The translations under genes were made by a program, and so were the position numbers. Below the pieces are notes generated by a model, which made no database searches, was not told where the DNA came from, and worked only from the letters and a program-made list of their open reading frames with translations. Shown in pieces: positions 25,969 to 35,161 of a DNA stretch of 64,000 nt. Each line of letters begins with the position of its first letter. The stretch's first letter is position 1. Source of the DNA: a virus; the IMG/VR virus record IMGVR_UViG_3300017991_004311, positions 34,937-98,936 of that record; one strand, written 5' to 3'.

Positions 25969-26761
25969 TCCGATCCAGAGGCAGCAGGTAACGAAGCGGT
26001 TCATGGTCGCGACCCCGGTGACGGGACTGGTGAGGATAGAGTGGGTGCACGGGAGGTACCATCAGGTGATCCCGTGCAACTGGAGCCAGGTGGAGATGTA
26101 CGAGTTCGTGCGGACCGAGGCCCCCTACCGGTCTTTGGTGGCGGACGCGAGGAACATCGTCTGCCAGTCGTTCCTGGAGCAGGAGTTCGAGTGGCTGTTC
26201 TTCGTCGACCACGACGTGGTGCTCCACCCGACCACCATCGTGCAGTGGAACCGGAGGATGTTAGAGGGTGACATACCCGTATGGTGCGGGCTCTACTTCA
26301 CCAAGAGCCGGCCGTCGGAGCCGCTGGTCTACCGGGGCAGGGGCAACGGGTTCTACAACCGGTGGAAACTTGGGGACCTGGTGTGGGTCGACGGCATCCC
26401 GATGGGTTGTACGGTGATCCACCGGTCGATCATCAGGACCATGTACGATGAGAGCGAGGAGTACGAGGTGAAGCCGGGTATAAAGGTGCGCAGGGTGTTC
26501 ACCAGCCCGCGCGACGCGTGGTTCGACCCGGACACGAACACGTTCAACACCAGCGGGGGGACCGAGGACCTGTGGTGGTGCACCCGGGTGATGAGGGACG
26601 GCATCTTCAGGAAGGCCGGGTGGCCCCAGTACCAGCGCAGGAAGTACCCGTTCCTCATCGACACCAACGTGTTCTGCCGCCATATCGACTGGAGCGGGGT
26701 GCAGTACCCCGCGTTCGGGGAGGAGAAGGAGTTCACGCGCAGGGAGGCCACGCATGGATGA
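25955..26761 (+). CDS. GT-A glycosyltransferase
   Basis: DARN, WLFFVDHD (DxD), GMGCT-like, TEDLWWC. Confidence 0.8.
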   Translation: MPNPDPIQRQQVTKRFMVATPVTGLVRIEWVHGRYHQVIPCNWSQVEMYEFVRTEAPYRSLVADARNIVCQSFLEQEFEWLFFVDHDVVLHPTTIVQWNRRMLEGDIPVWCGLYFTKSRPSEPLVYRGRGNGFYNRWKLGDLVWVDGIPMGCTVIHRSIIRTMYDESEEYEVKPGIKVRRVFTSPRDAWFDPDTNTFNTSGGTEDLWWCTRVMRDGIFRKAGWPQYQRRKYPFLIDTNVFCRHIDWSGVQYPAFGEEKEFTRREATHG

Positions 26762-27107
26762 GAGGCTGAGGGCGATCCTGGCCCTCGCGTGCTTGAGGAG
26801 GGTCATGCGTTCGGGGATGCCTCCGCGCGGTCCCTCCGGGGGCGAGGTGCTCGATTTCGAGTACCATGTCCGGGTCAACGCCCGCAACCTCGCCGATATC
26901 GCCGCCCTTTCGGAGCGGAAGGCTAAGGAGGTGCTCGCGGACGTCCGGGAGCTCCTGGGGAAGGACACCCTGGAATGGTGGGGCCTGCCCCCGGTCTCCG
27001 ACAGCCAGGCCGTGGGTGAGCGGGTGAGGATGGGCCTCGGGGTCGCGCCCCTGGCCAGGGACGGGGTCGGCATACGCGAGCGGATAGCGGTTGCGATGAA
27101 GAACTGA
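26754..27107 (+). CDS. hypothetical protein
   Basis: GGAGG RBS, overlaps the upstream stop. Confidence 0.5.
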   Translation: MDERLRAILALACLRRVMRSGMPPRGPSGGEVLDFEYHVRVNARNLADIAALSERKAKEVLADVRELLGKDTLEWWGLPPVSDSQAVGERVRMGLGVAPLARDGVGIRERIAVAMKN

Positions 27108-27121
27108 GGGGCTGAGACGCC

Positions 27122-28714
27122 ATGAGCATCTCCGTATCGGAATCGGTAGTCCTGAAGCAGGGGCTTCCCGGTGTTTCGACCAGCGACGACTTGACCGTAG
27201 GGGAGTCCACCGTTGTCAGACTTGCTTCTCATGTCAACGTGTCCGATGGGGCTGCGGTAGGGGAGGCTGTCGTCAGCAGGCTTTTGCCCCCCGTGCCGGT
27301 GTCGGATGGGCTTACGATTGGCGAGGCGGTCGCAGCCGGTATCTCGGCGGGCAAGGGGAGCGCAAGCGACGGTTTGACCGTAGGTGAATCGGCGGTCCTG
27401 TCGCTCTCCACCATGGGGGCCGACGTCGACGACGGCTTGGCTGTCGGCGAATCCCTCTCCTCCACGCTCATTCCCCTCATTGAGGTCTCCGACGGCCTGA
27501 CTGCGGCGGAATCTGTTTCTGCTATTGCCAAGTTCAACGCTTCGGTTTCGGGCGGGGTAACCGTCGGAGAGTCCGTTGCCTTAGGGACGGGGGACCTTGT
27601 GGTCTCCATCTCCGATGGCCTCACGCTTGGCGAATCGGTCTCGTCGGTGGCGGGCGTCCCGGGGCAGAGCCTGTCGGACGGCCTTGCGTTGGGGGAGGCG
27701 GTCTCGACCGTCCTTATATCATTCATTGAAGTCTCCGACGGTCTCACCCTGGCGGAATCCCTTGTCTCCACGCTCGTTTCCCTGGTCTCGGTATCCGACG
27801 GTCTCACGCTCGGTGAGGCCGTGGACTCAGGAGTGTCGACGGCGGAGGTCGGCGTTTCCGATGGATTGACGATTGCGGATTCCCCGGCCGCGCAACTCGC
27901 CGGATTGATCTCCATCCCCACCTCCGACGGCCTGACCGTGGGCGAGGCGGCGGTGCTCGGCATGAACACCGCCGGGATCAGCGTTTCCGACGGTTTGGCA
28001 GTGGCGGATTCGTCGGTAGCGGATGTGCAGTCGGCTACTGTGAGAGTTGTCTCGGTCTCCGACGGCACCACTGTAGGGGAATCGATTGACCGGGGGGCGG
28101 GTGCGCTTGGGATTTCCGTCTCCGACAGTGTAGCGATGGGAGAATCCCTGAACCGCGGGACGGGTGCGCTTGGAATCAGTGTCTCCGACGGGATTGCGAT
28201 CGGGGAGTCGTCATCGGCCGATATTGCGGCACCGTCATCGCGTAGCGTGTCCATATCGGATGGCCTCACGCTCGGTGAGAGAGTGGGGGGGTGTCTCCAT
28301 GCGCTCACTGGTGTCTCGGACGGGCTTGCCCTGGGCGATACCGCATCCGCGTCCGTTGGGGCCGGGATCAGCGTTTCCGATACGGTCACCGTCAGCGAAA
28401 GCGTAGATGCCTATATCACCGCCTATTTCCTCGGGGTGTCGGACGCGCTCACGATCGGGGAGAGCGCGCTAGGGGCGCTGGGATATTACGAGGTCTCGGT
28501 CTCGGACGCGCTCACGATCGGCGAGTCGGCCAGCGGGCTGAGCTACATATTCGTCAGGGCGTACCTCTCCCTGCTGGAGGCGGAGGCGGGGATCTCCTTC
28601 TTGTCCGCCGCCGCGTCCCTGGAGAACAAGGGGGCTGAGGCGGAGACCGAACTCCTGACCGCGAGGGCGGCCACGGAGAACGAAGAGGCTGACGCGGAGG
28701 TCGAGTTCATTTGA
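27122..28714 (+). CDS. Ser/Thr-rich repetitive fibre-like virion protein
   Basis: >20 tandem ~19-21-aa units (I/V)SVSDGLT(V/L/I)GE(S/A). Confidence 0.75.
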   Translation: MSISVSESVVLKQGLPGVSTSDDLTVGESTVVRLASHVNVSDGAAVGEAVVSRLLPPVPVSDGLTIGEAVAAGISAGKGSASDGLTVGESAVLSLSTMGADVDDGLAVGESLSSTLIPLIEVSDGLTAAESVSAIAKFNASVSGGVTVGESVALGTGDLVVSISDGLTLGESVSSVAGVPGQSLSDGLALGEAVSTVLISFIEVSDGLTLAESLVSTLVSLVSVSDGLTLGEAVDSGVSTAEVGVSDGLTIADSPAAQLAGLISIPTSDGLTVGEAAVLGMNTAGISVSDGLAVADSSVADVQSATVRVVSVSDGTTVGESIDRGAGALGISVSDSVAMGESLNRGTGALGISVSDGIAIGESSSADIAAPSSRSVSISDGLTLGERVGGCLHALTGVSDGLALGDTASASVGAGISVSDTVTVSESVDAYITAYFLGVSDALTIGESALGALGYYEVSVSDALTIGESASGLSYIFVRAYLSLLEAEAGISFLSAAASLENKGAEAETELLTARAATENEEADAEVEFI

Positions 28715-29016
28715 GATCATTCGAGCGCGGTTCGACGATACGGTTCAAGGTGACGTTCGAGAACACATCGGGTACGGCGACGGACCCGATCGACAACAAG
28801 GCGTATTGCACGGTGGTTGACCCTTCGGGGACGAAACAGCTCGATTATCAGCTAGGGACGCGCAGCACGACGGGGGTCTACTACTACGATTACACCGTCA
28901 CCACCTCGAAATCGTTGGGGATATGGAAGGTCGAGTGGGAAGCGGCGGTCGGGACGCTCACCTCGATCGGGCGCGAGCAGTTCAGGGTCGTCCACACTGA
29001 ACCGGGGACGTCGTAG
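28711..29016 (+). CDS. small Ig-like virion protein
   Basis: GSTIRF.VTF...G.ATDP, TGVYYYDY, G.WK.EW. Confidence 0.6.
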   Translation: MRSFERGSTIRFKVTFENTSGTATDPIDNKAYCTVVDPSGTKQLDYQLGTRSTTGVYYYDYTVTTSKSLGIWKVEWEAAVGTLTSIGREQFRVVHTEPGTS

Positions 29017-29024
29017 GTGGCATC

Positions 29025-29480
29025 ATGAGCGAACTGTTCAACTGGGACCGGGCGGTCAGGATCGCCGACCCTGGTCCGATCATCCGGGCATTGGATAAGG
29101 TGGTCGAACGGTGCGCGGTGGAGGGCGCCGACTACGCTCGCGACCGCGACCGGTGCCCGGTGCTGACGGGGACGCTGCAGAAGTCCCTTGCGGCCAGGGA
29201 GCACTGGGAGCACCCGACCTACGAGGGCAGGGCGGTGCCTATAGTTTCGGGCGAGAAGCTCTCGTTCAGGCCCATGGAGCGGGCCATCGCCTCGGCGCTC
29301 CCCTACTGCAGGAGGCAGGAATACACGAATCCGAACGGCAAGGACCATTTCATCCACAAGGCGATCAAACACATGGAGCCGAAACTGAAGGCGATGACGG
29401 CGGCCACGCTTCGGGCGATATTCGACGAACAATGGCAAGGGGGTGTTTCGATCCATGACCTCGGAGACCTCGGAACCTGA
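29025..29480 (+). CDS. HK97 gp10-like tail completion/neck protein
   Basis: CPVLTGTLQKS, PY..RQEY, FI.KA. Confidence 0.7.
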   Translation: MSELFNWDRAVRIADPGPIIRALDKVVERCAVEGADYARDRDRCPVLTGTLQKSLAAREHWEHPTYEGRAVPIVSGEKLSFRPMERAIASALPYCRRQEYTNPNGKDHFIHKAIKHMEPKLKAMTAATLRAIFDEQWQGGVSIHDLGDLGT

Positions 29481-29760
29481 CGGATGCGCATACGGACGGG
29501 AAACGCGCGCGATACTGAGGGGCATAAAGGAGCAGTTCACCACGATCACCTCGTTGCTGAAGCAGATGGTGGCGAATGAGCTTCAGCACATGCGGGACGA
29601 TCAGGAGAAGATGGTGGCGGAGATGGGGGAGATCAGGCGGGAGCTGTCGCAGACGAAGAAGGATTCGCGGCGCACCGTCTACCTGGTGCTGGCCACCATC
29701 ATCGGCGAGCTGGCGACCGCGCTATTAGTGCTGACGCAGACGAAGATACTGGGAGGGTAG
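29455..29760 (+). CDS. coiled-coil protein with C-terminal TM helix
   Basis: ANELQHM...YLVLATIIGELATALLVL. Confidence 0.55.
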   Translation: MTSETSEPDGCAYGRETRAILRGIKEQFTTITSLLKQMVANELQHMRDDQEKMVAEMGEIRRELSQTKKDSRRTVYLVLATIIGELATALLVLTQTKILGG

Positions 29761-29761
29761 C

Positions 29762-30784
29762 ATGAAGGTCCTCGTGACCGGGGGATGCGGGTTCATCGGG
29801 ACGAATTTCATCATGGCGCTGCTGGACGAGGAGCCGGGCTGCGAGGTGGTCAACCTCGACGCGCTCACCTATGCGGGCAACCCGCGGAACAGCGAGCGCA
29901 TCCGGGACGGGTACCCGCAGGCGCGGTACAGCCTGGTGGTGAGGGACATCTGCGAGCTTCCGGGCAAGGGGTTGGAACACGCCCCCTTCGGGAGCTCGCA
30001 GCCGTTTGATTGGGTGGTCAACTTCGCCGCCGAGAGCCACGTGGACCGGAGCGTGATGGGGAGCGACGCTTTCACCCGCTCGAACGTGGTGGGCGCGCAG
30101 CGGCTCATGGACTGGATGCTTTCCCTCCCGGGAGCCGAGCGCCCGAGGCTGCTTCAGGTGTCGACCGATGAGGTCTACGGCGACGTGGGCCTGGAGGCGT
30201 CCTTCGAGGAGGACCGCCTGCACCCGTCCTCGCCCTACTCGGCCTCGAAGGCGGCGGCCGACCTTCTCGTGATGGCGTACGGACGCACGTTCGGCCTGGA
30301 TTACATCATCACCCGCTCCTCCAACAACTTCGGCCCTTTTCAGCATCCGGAGAAGCTCATCCCGAAGGCGATCACCCGGATGGTGGAGGGGCGGACCGTC
30401 CCGGTCTACGGCGACGGGAGGCAGCGCCGGGACTGGATTCCGGTCTCGGAGAACGCGCGCGCGATCCTCCACCTCATGGACGTGGGCATCCCCGGGGAGG
30501 TCTACAACATCGGATCGGGGGAGACGACGGCCAACATCGACATCATCAGGTTCCTGGCCGACGAGGTGGGGGTGAACGTGAACAGGTGCACCGAGTTCAC
30601 GCGGGATCGCCCCGGGCACGACCGCCGCTATTGCCTGGACAACACGAAACTCCTGAGCACGGGCTTCGCGTTCGACTGGGATTTCAAGGTGAGCCTGCGG
30701 GAGACGGTCGGGTGGTACCGGGACAATCGGGACTGGTGGGAGCCGTTGGCAAATATCGACCGGGAGGAATGCTTCGATGGATGA
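29762..30784 (+). CDS. rmlB: dTDP-glucose 4,6-dehydratase
   Basis: GGCGFIG, DALTYAGN, FAAESHVDRS, STDEVYG, YSASKA, DRPGHD.RY. Confidence 0.95.
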   Translation: MKVLVTGGCGFIGTNFIMALLDEEPGCEVVNLDALTYAGNPRNSERIRDGYPQARYSLVVRDICELPGKGLEHAPFGSSQPFDWVVNFAAESHVDRSVMGSDAFTRSNVVGAQRLMDWMLSLPGAERPRLLQVSTDEVYGDVGLEASFEEDRLHPSSPYSASKAAADLLVMAYGRTFGLDYIITRSSNNFGPFQHPEKLIPKAITRMVEGRTVPVYGDGRQRRDWIPVSENARAILHLMDVGIPGEVYNIGSGETTANIDIIRFLADEVGVNVNRCTEFTRDRPGHDRRYCLDNTKLLSTGFAFDWDFKVSLRETVGWYRDNRDWWEPLANIDREECFDG

Positions 30785-31178
30785 ATGGGAACCGATACCG
30801 ATCAACAATAGGTCGGCGGAGAACCACGACGTCACCCTTTCGGTGACCCGCACCGGGAAGGTGACGCTGTACTTCACCCAAAGATTGCGTAAACGAAGAT
30901 ACAAGGGTCATGATGCCGCTCTTATGCAATGGTGCAAGCTGAGCCGCAGGGGGAAGCAGATCATGGCGCAATTCAGCACCAAGAAGCGGGATGAGTATTA
31001 TCGGAAGCTGTACGACAACGGAAGCGTGGTATGTCTTCGTTCCGCTGACCTTCCGGGAGGGTTCGTCCCCGGTCACCGGTACGGGCTCTGGGCACAATGC
31101 GACAACGGGCTGGTCGTCATGGATATGGGCGAGCCCGTCGATCTCGGGCCGATGAGGAGCTGGAGGCGATCGAAATGA
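30777..31178 (+). CDS. hypothetical protein
   Basis: GGAGG RBS; coupled to both neighbours. Confidence 0.55.
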   Translation: MDEWEPIPINNRSAENHDVTLSVTRTGKVTLYFTQRLRKRRYKGHDAALMQWCKLSRRGKQIMAQFSTKKRDEYYRKLYDNGSVVCLRSADLPGGFVPGHRYGLWAQCDNGLVVMDMGEPVDLGPMRSWRRSK

Positions 31179-31909
31179 AGGGAGTGCTGCTTGCGGGGGG
31201 CGTCGGCACCAGGCTCATGCCGTGCACGAGGGTGACGAACAAGCACTTGTTGCCGGTGTACGACCGGCCGATGGTCTACTACCCGGTCTCGACCCTGGTG
31301 GGCGCGGGCATTGCCGAAATCATGGTCATCACGGGCCGGGAGCACATGGGCGCGGTGATGGAGACGCTCGGGAGCGGACGGGAGTTCGGCGCCGAGTTCA
31401 CCTACCGCATCCAGGATCAGGCGGGCGGGATCGCGGAGGCGCTGCTGCTGGCCAGGGCGTTCGTGGACACGGACAACGTGGCCGTCATCCTGGGCGATAA
31501 TATCTTCGAGGACACGTTCGCCGAGGACGCGCGCGCGTTCGAGTTCGACGGGGCGGCGGGCCAGGCGAAAGTGTTCCTGAAGAAGGTTCCTGACCCCAGC
31601 CGCTTCGGGGTGGCGACGGTGCACGGGGACCAGGTGGTGGGGATAAAGGAGAAGCCGGCGCTCCCGGAGAGCGACCTGGCGATCACGGGCCTCTATTTCT
31701 ACGATTGCGGGGTGTTCGACACGCTCTCGTCCCAGACGTACTCCGAGCGGGGGGAGCTGGAGATAAGCGACACGAACAACGACTACCTCGCGCGCGGCCT
31801 GCTCACCTACCGGATACTTGATGGATTCTGGAGCGACGCGGGGACGTGGCCGTCGCTGATGCGCGCGGCGCGCCACTGCCAGGGGGGCAACCATGGCGAC
31901 GGTGAATAA
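31175..31909 (+). CDS. rmlA: glucose-1-phosphate thymidylyltransferase
   Basis: GVLLAGG.GTRL.P.T..TNKHLLPVYD.PM, LGDN, EKP, SERGELEISD, WSDAGT. Confidence 0.95.
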   Translation: MKGVLLAGGVGTRLMPCTRVTNKHLLPVYDRPMVYYPVSTLVGAGIAEIMVITGREHMGAVMETLGSGREFGAEFTYRIQDQAGGIAEALLLARAFVDTDNVAVILGDNIFEDTFAEDARAFEFDGAAGQAKVFLKKVPDPSRFGVATVHGDQVVGIKEKPALPESDLAITGLYFYDCGVFDTLSSQTYSERGELEISDTNNDYLARGLLTYRILDGFWSDAGTWPSLMRAARHCQGGNHGDGE

Positions 31910-32432
31910 CCTTTCGGAGGCCTTCTTCCAGAGTCTCGTCTATTTCCTGCGGCAGGCGGCGGGTCTGAACTCGGACTTCGCGGACCGGATGTGGTGGACC
32001 CATCCGGGATTCAACCTCTCGAACCAGACGCTGCCGTTCATCCTCGTGCGCCACTACCACACGGGCGACGAGTTCGCCTCCCAGCCCGACGTGACCGGGT
32101 ACGAGTCCAGGGACATCACCTTCTCCTTCGACATCATGGTCTACTGCCAGGACCATGCGCACCAGCAGCACCTTCCGCAGCTGGTCAAGCGCACAATCGA
32201 GTCGGCGACGGTGAGCGGGGAGAGCGGGATTCAGGTGTATTCCGGGTTCGACGCCAACGGCGATCCCGATGTCGGTTCGGAGCTGGACGTGGCCGAGCCG
32301 TTCCTGGGGGCCATCGTGCCGATCGGCTCCGAGGAGGAGGAGGACGTGCTCCACAAATTCGCGTCGTCGATCGAAGGCGAGTGGAGCGTGTTCCGGGACA
32401 AAACCAAGAAGTTCATCTCGACGAACACATAG
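31893..32432 (+). CDS. putative tail terminator-like protein
   Basis: Acidic, LPFILV, FSFDIMVY; inferred from fold pattern and gene order. Confidence 0.45.
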   Translation: MATVNNLSEAFFQSLVYFLRQAAGLNSDFADRMWWTHPGFNLSNQTLPFILVRHYHTGDEFASQPDVTGYESRDITFSFDIMVYCQDHAHQQHLPQLVKRTIESATVSGESGIQVYSGFDANGDPDVGSELDVAEPFLGAIVPIGSEEEEDVLHKFASSIEGEWSVFRDKTKKFISTNT

Positions 32433-32681
32433 GGGCGGAAAATAAGACTCGCGTTGGGGCACCAAATAGCGCCGATATCGTATAGTGCAATACTATCATA
32501 TTATATGGTATTTTCAGTGGCCTTATTCGCGATTTTTTTGTCAAGCCAGTCCTGCGTTTCAGCGATTTTGGCGATTTTTGCGGCAAGATCGGAACCACAA
32601 GGGAAATGTGATTCTGAAACCCTTGTCTATACAGGGTTTCATGGGATGGGAATTGCAGCATACTTGACATAAGGAGACAGC

Positions 32682-33428
32682 ATGCCGGCATTCATACCCG
32701 GATCGGCGCAGCGGGCCAAGCGGCCGAGGGACGTGGGCAGGTGGTGTGACGCTGACTATTTCGACGGGCTCGCCGATCCGCGCGGATACTCCGACCTCCG
32801 CTACGACCACCGCAAGGGCTACGGGCTCACCTTCTGGAGCGACGGCTTCCTCGGGACCGCGCGCACCCTCGCCAAGCGCTACTCGCCCCTGGGTACGTTC
32901 CTGGAGCTCGGTTGCGCCAAGGGGTTCCTGGTGCAGGCCCTGCGCATGGTCGGCGTCGAGGCGTACGGCGTCGACATCAGCGGGTACGCGCTCTCCTGTT
33001 CCCACCCCGACATCTGCCAATTCCTCCACCGGCAGTCGGCGGCGGACCTTTCCAATCTTCCTGATTCCTATTTCGATCTTGTGTGGAGCTGGGATTTCAT
33101 GGAGCACCTAGACGAGGCCGAGATCGTGGCCTGCCTGGGGGAGAGCCTGCGCGTGGGGAGGCGGCGCGTGGTCCACAACCTCACCGTCTTCGACCGGGAA
33201 TACGGGAGCATCGCCCAGGCGTTCCCGGACGAACCTCAGGACCCCACGCACGTCTCCTGCCACACGAAGGGATGGTGGGCGAAGTTGGTTCGGGAGTTCG
33301 TCCCGGCGGAGAGGATACGGGCGATCGAGTACATCGGGGAGCCGTTTCGGGAGGACGCGCCGCGGAGGGCGATGCTCACGGTCGACCTGTGGGCGGGGGA
33401 GTTCATCGGGGAGGATGCGGATGCGTAA
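32682..33428 (+). CDS. class I SAM-dependent methyltransferase
   Basis: LELGCAKGF, GVDIS, DFMEHL, DPTH. Confidence 0.85.
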   Translation: MPAFIPGSAQRAKRPRDVGRWCDADYFDGLADPRGYSDLRYDHRKGYGLTFWSDGFLGTARTLAKRYSPLGTFLELGCAKGFLVQALRMVGVEAYGVDISGYALSCSHPDICQFLHRQSAADLSNLPDSYFDLVWSWDFMEHLDEAEIVACLGESLRVGRRRVVHNLTVFDREYGSIAQAFPDEPQDPTHVSCHTKGWWAKLVREFVPAERIRAIEYIGEPFREDAPRRAMLTVDLWAGEFIGEDADA

Positions 33429-35082
33429 GGTCAACATCGTGGTGCCGACGTACAACGGGATCAGGTTCCTCGATCCGCTATGGCGGGCGCTGAACGAATC
33501 GATCAGGGATATCGATTGGGTGATGACGCTCGTCGACGACGGCTCGCGCGACGCCACGGACAAGTGGGCGGCGGCCCACCCCGAGGTCAACTACGTCAGT
33601 CACGGCGGCGCCAACCTGGGCTTCTCGAAGTCGTGCAACGATGGGGCGAGGTCGGTCGAGAGCGAGTGGGTCCTGTTCCTGAACAACGACACCGAGCCCC
33701 AGCCCGGGTTCTTGGAGGAGATGCTGAGAGCGACGGGGGAGATGATCGCCCCGCAGATCGTCGGGGCGAAGCTGGTGTTCATGGACGGGAAGGTGATCCA
33801 GCATGCGGGCATCCGCTTCATGGCGTCGGGTTATCCCTACGAATTCGGGACCGGACGCGCGCTTCACGATCCCGAATGCGACCGGGCGCAGGAGGTGGAC
33901 GCGGTCACGGCGGCATGCATGCTGGTGGAGCGGGAGCTGTTCCTGGAACTCGGCGGCTTCGACGAGAAGTTCCTGAACGGATGGGAGGATTCCTCGTTCT
34001 GCCTCACGGCCCGCGAGCACGGGGCCCGCATCTACTACTGCCCCACGGCGGTGGTCAGGCACCATCATTCCGGCTCCGAGGGGCGCTTCCTGCACGAGAT
34101 CGAGAACAAGGAGCGCTTCCGGCAGCTCTGGATACACCGGCGTAAAGTACACGTGCTCACGCCGTTCTGGATGGCGGTGGCGGCCACGTGGCGCTGCAAC
34201 TACCGCTGCCGGCACTGCGACATCTGGAGGCAGCGGGCCAAGCCCGATATCCAACCGAGAGAATTCTGCCGCGGCGTGGGGCACGACTTCTACTCCAACA
34301 TCGTGAACGTCGCCATCTTCGGCGGCGAGCCCGTGCTCATGGACCGGGAGCTGGTGAACCTCATCGCGGTGTGCGCGGACCGGTGGAAGGGGGCGGAGAT
34401 AGGCATCGTCACCAACGGCTCTATTCCCAGGAATCAGGAGGAAATCTGGCTCACCGTGAGCCGGAATCTGACGGGCAATTTCCTGGTGCGTGTGTCGGTT
34501 GATGGCCCCGAGGAGGTACACGACAAATTGAGGGGGATCAAGGGCGCATTCGCCGACGCGGTGGAAACGGTCAGGATCGTCGATGGAATCTGGCCGGGGA
34601 AGGCGGGGATATCGGTCACGGTCTATCCCGACACGGTGGAGCACCTGCCCTACCTCGTCGAGCTGGTGGAGCGGATGGGCGTCACTTTCTGCCTCCGGGC
34701 GGGAGTGAGCGGGACCTATTTCGGCGGGAAAGTGCTCGGGGAATGGACCCCGGATAAAGTGGCATTCCTGCGCAGGACGATGGAGGCGACTCCGAAGAAG
34801 CTCAAGTCGCTTGATGCGTTCACGAAGGCGCTGCCGGGCTACCTCGGGACCGGGGAGCATCGCCCGTGCTCGGCGTACCGTTCGGCCCTGGTGGTCGACA
34901 CGGACCTGCAGGTGTCGGTGTGCCACAACCGCCCGCCCATGGGCCACCTTATCGACATCCCCTCGTTGTGGGGGAGGACGGCCGAGTGGTGCCAGGCGGG
35001 GGTGGAGTGCCTGACGGGGCAGTGTTTCGAGCCCAGCTGCTTCGTGGACGGCCCCTACGCGGCGTCGGCGTATGTGGACTGA
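33415..35082 (+). CDS. GT2 glycosyltransferase fused to a radical SAM domain
   Basis: IVVPTYN, VDDGS, NLGF, FLNND, GGFDE, ED; then CNYRCRHC, GGEP, TNG, VSVDG...HDKLRG and Cys-rich C-terminus. Confidence 0.9.
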   Translation: MRMRKVNIVVPTYNGIRFLDPLWRALNESIRDIDWVMTLVDDGSRDATDKWAAAHPEVNYVSHGGANLGFSKSCNDGARSVESEWVLFLNNDTEPQPGFLEEMLRATGEMIAPQIVGAKLVFMDGKVIQHAGIRFMASGYPYEFGTGRALHDPECDRAQEVDAVTAACMLVERELFLELGGFDEKFLNGWEDSSFCLTAREHGARIYYCPTAVVRHHHSGSEGRFLHEIENKERFRQLWIHRRKVHVLTPFWMAVAATWRCNYRCRHCDIWRQRAKPDIQPREFCRGVGHDFYSNIVNVAIFGGEPVLMDRELVNLIAVCADRWKGAEIGIVTNGSIPRNQEEIWLTVSRNLTGNFLVRVSVDGPEEVHDKLRGIKGAFADAVETVRIVDGIWPGKAGISVTVYPDTVEHLPYLVELVERMGVTFCLRAGVSGTYFGGKVLGEWTPDKVAFLRRTMEATPKKLKSLDAFTKALPGYLGTGEHRPCSAYRSALVVDTDLQVSVCHNRPPMGHLIDIPSLWGRTAEWCQAGVECLTGQCFEPSCFVDGPYAASAYVD

Positions 35083-35095
35083 GGGATTGAGAGTG

Positions 35096-35139
35096 AGGTG
35101 TAACGCTAGGTTACATGTTATCCACAGGTTATCCACAGG
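35096..35139. repeat. half copy of the DnaA-box element
   Basis: AGG-TGTAAC-GCTAG-GTTACA-TG-TTATCCACA-GG-TTATCCACA. Confidence 0.85.
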
Positions 35140-35161
35140 CGTTTGAGACAAAGGAGCTAGA

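Noticed and set aside
27122-28714. CRISPR array or DGR template
   Set aside because: Repeats are degenerate at DNA level and conserved as protein; no cas or reverse transcriptase genes
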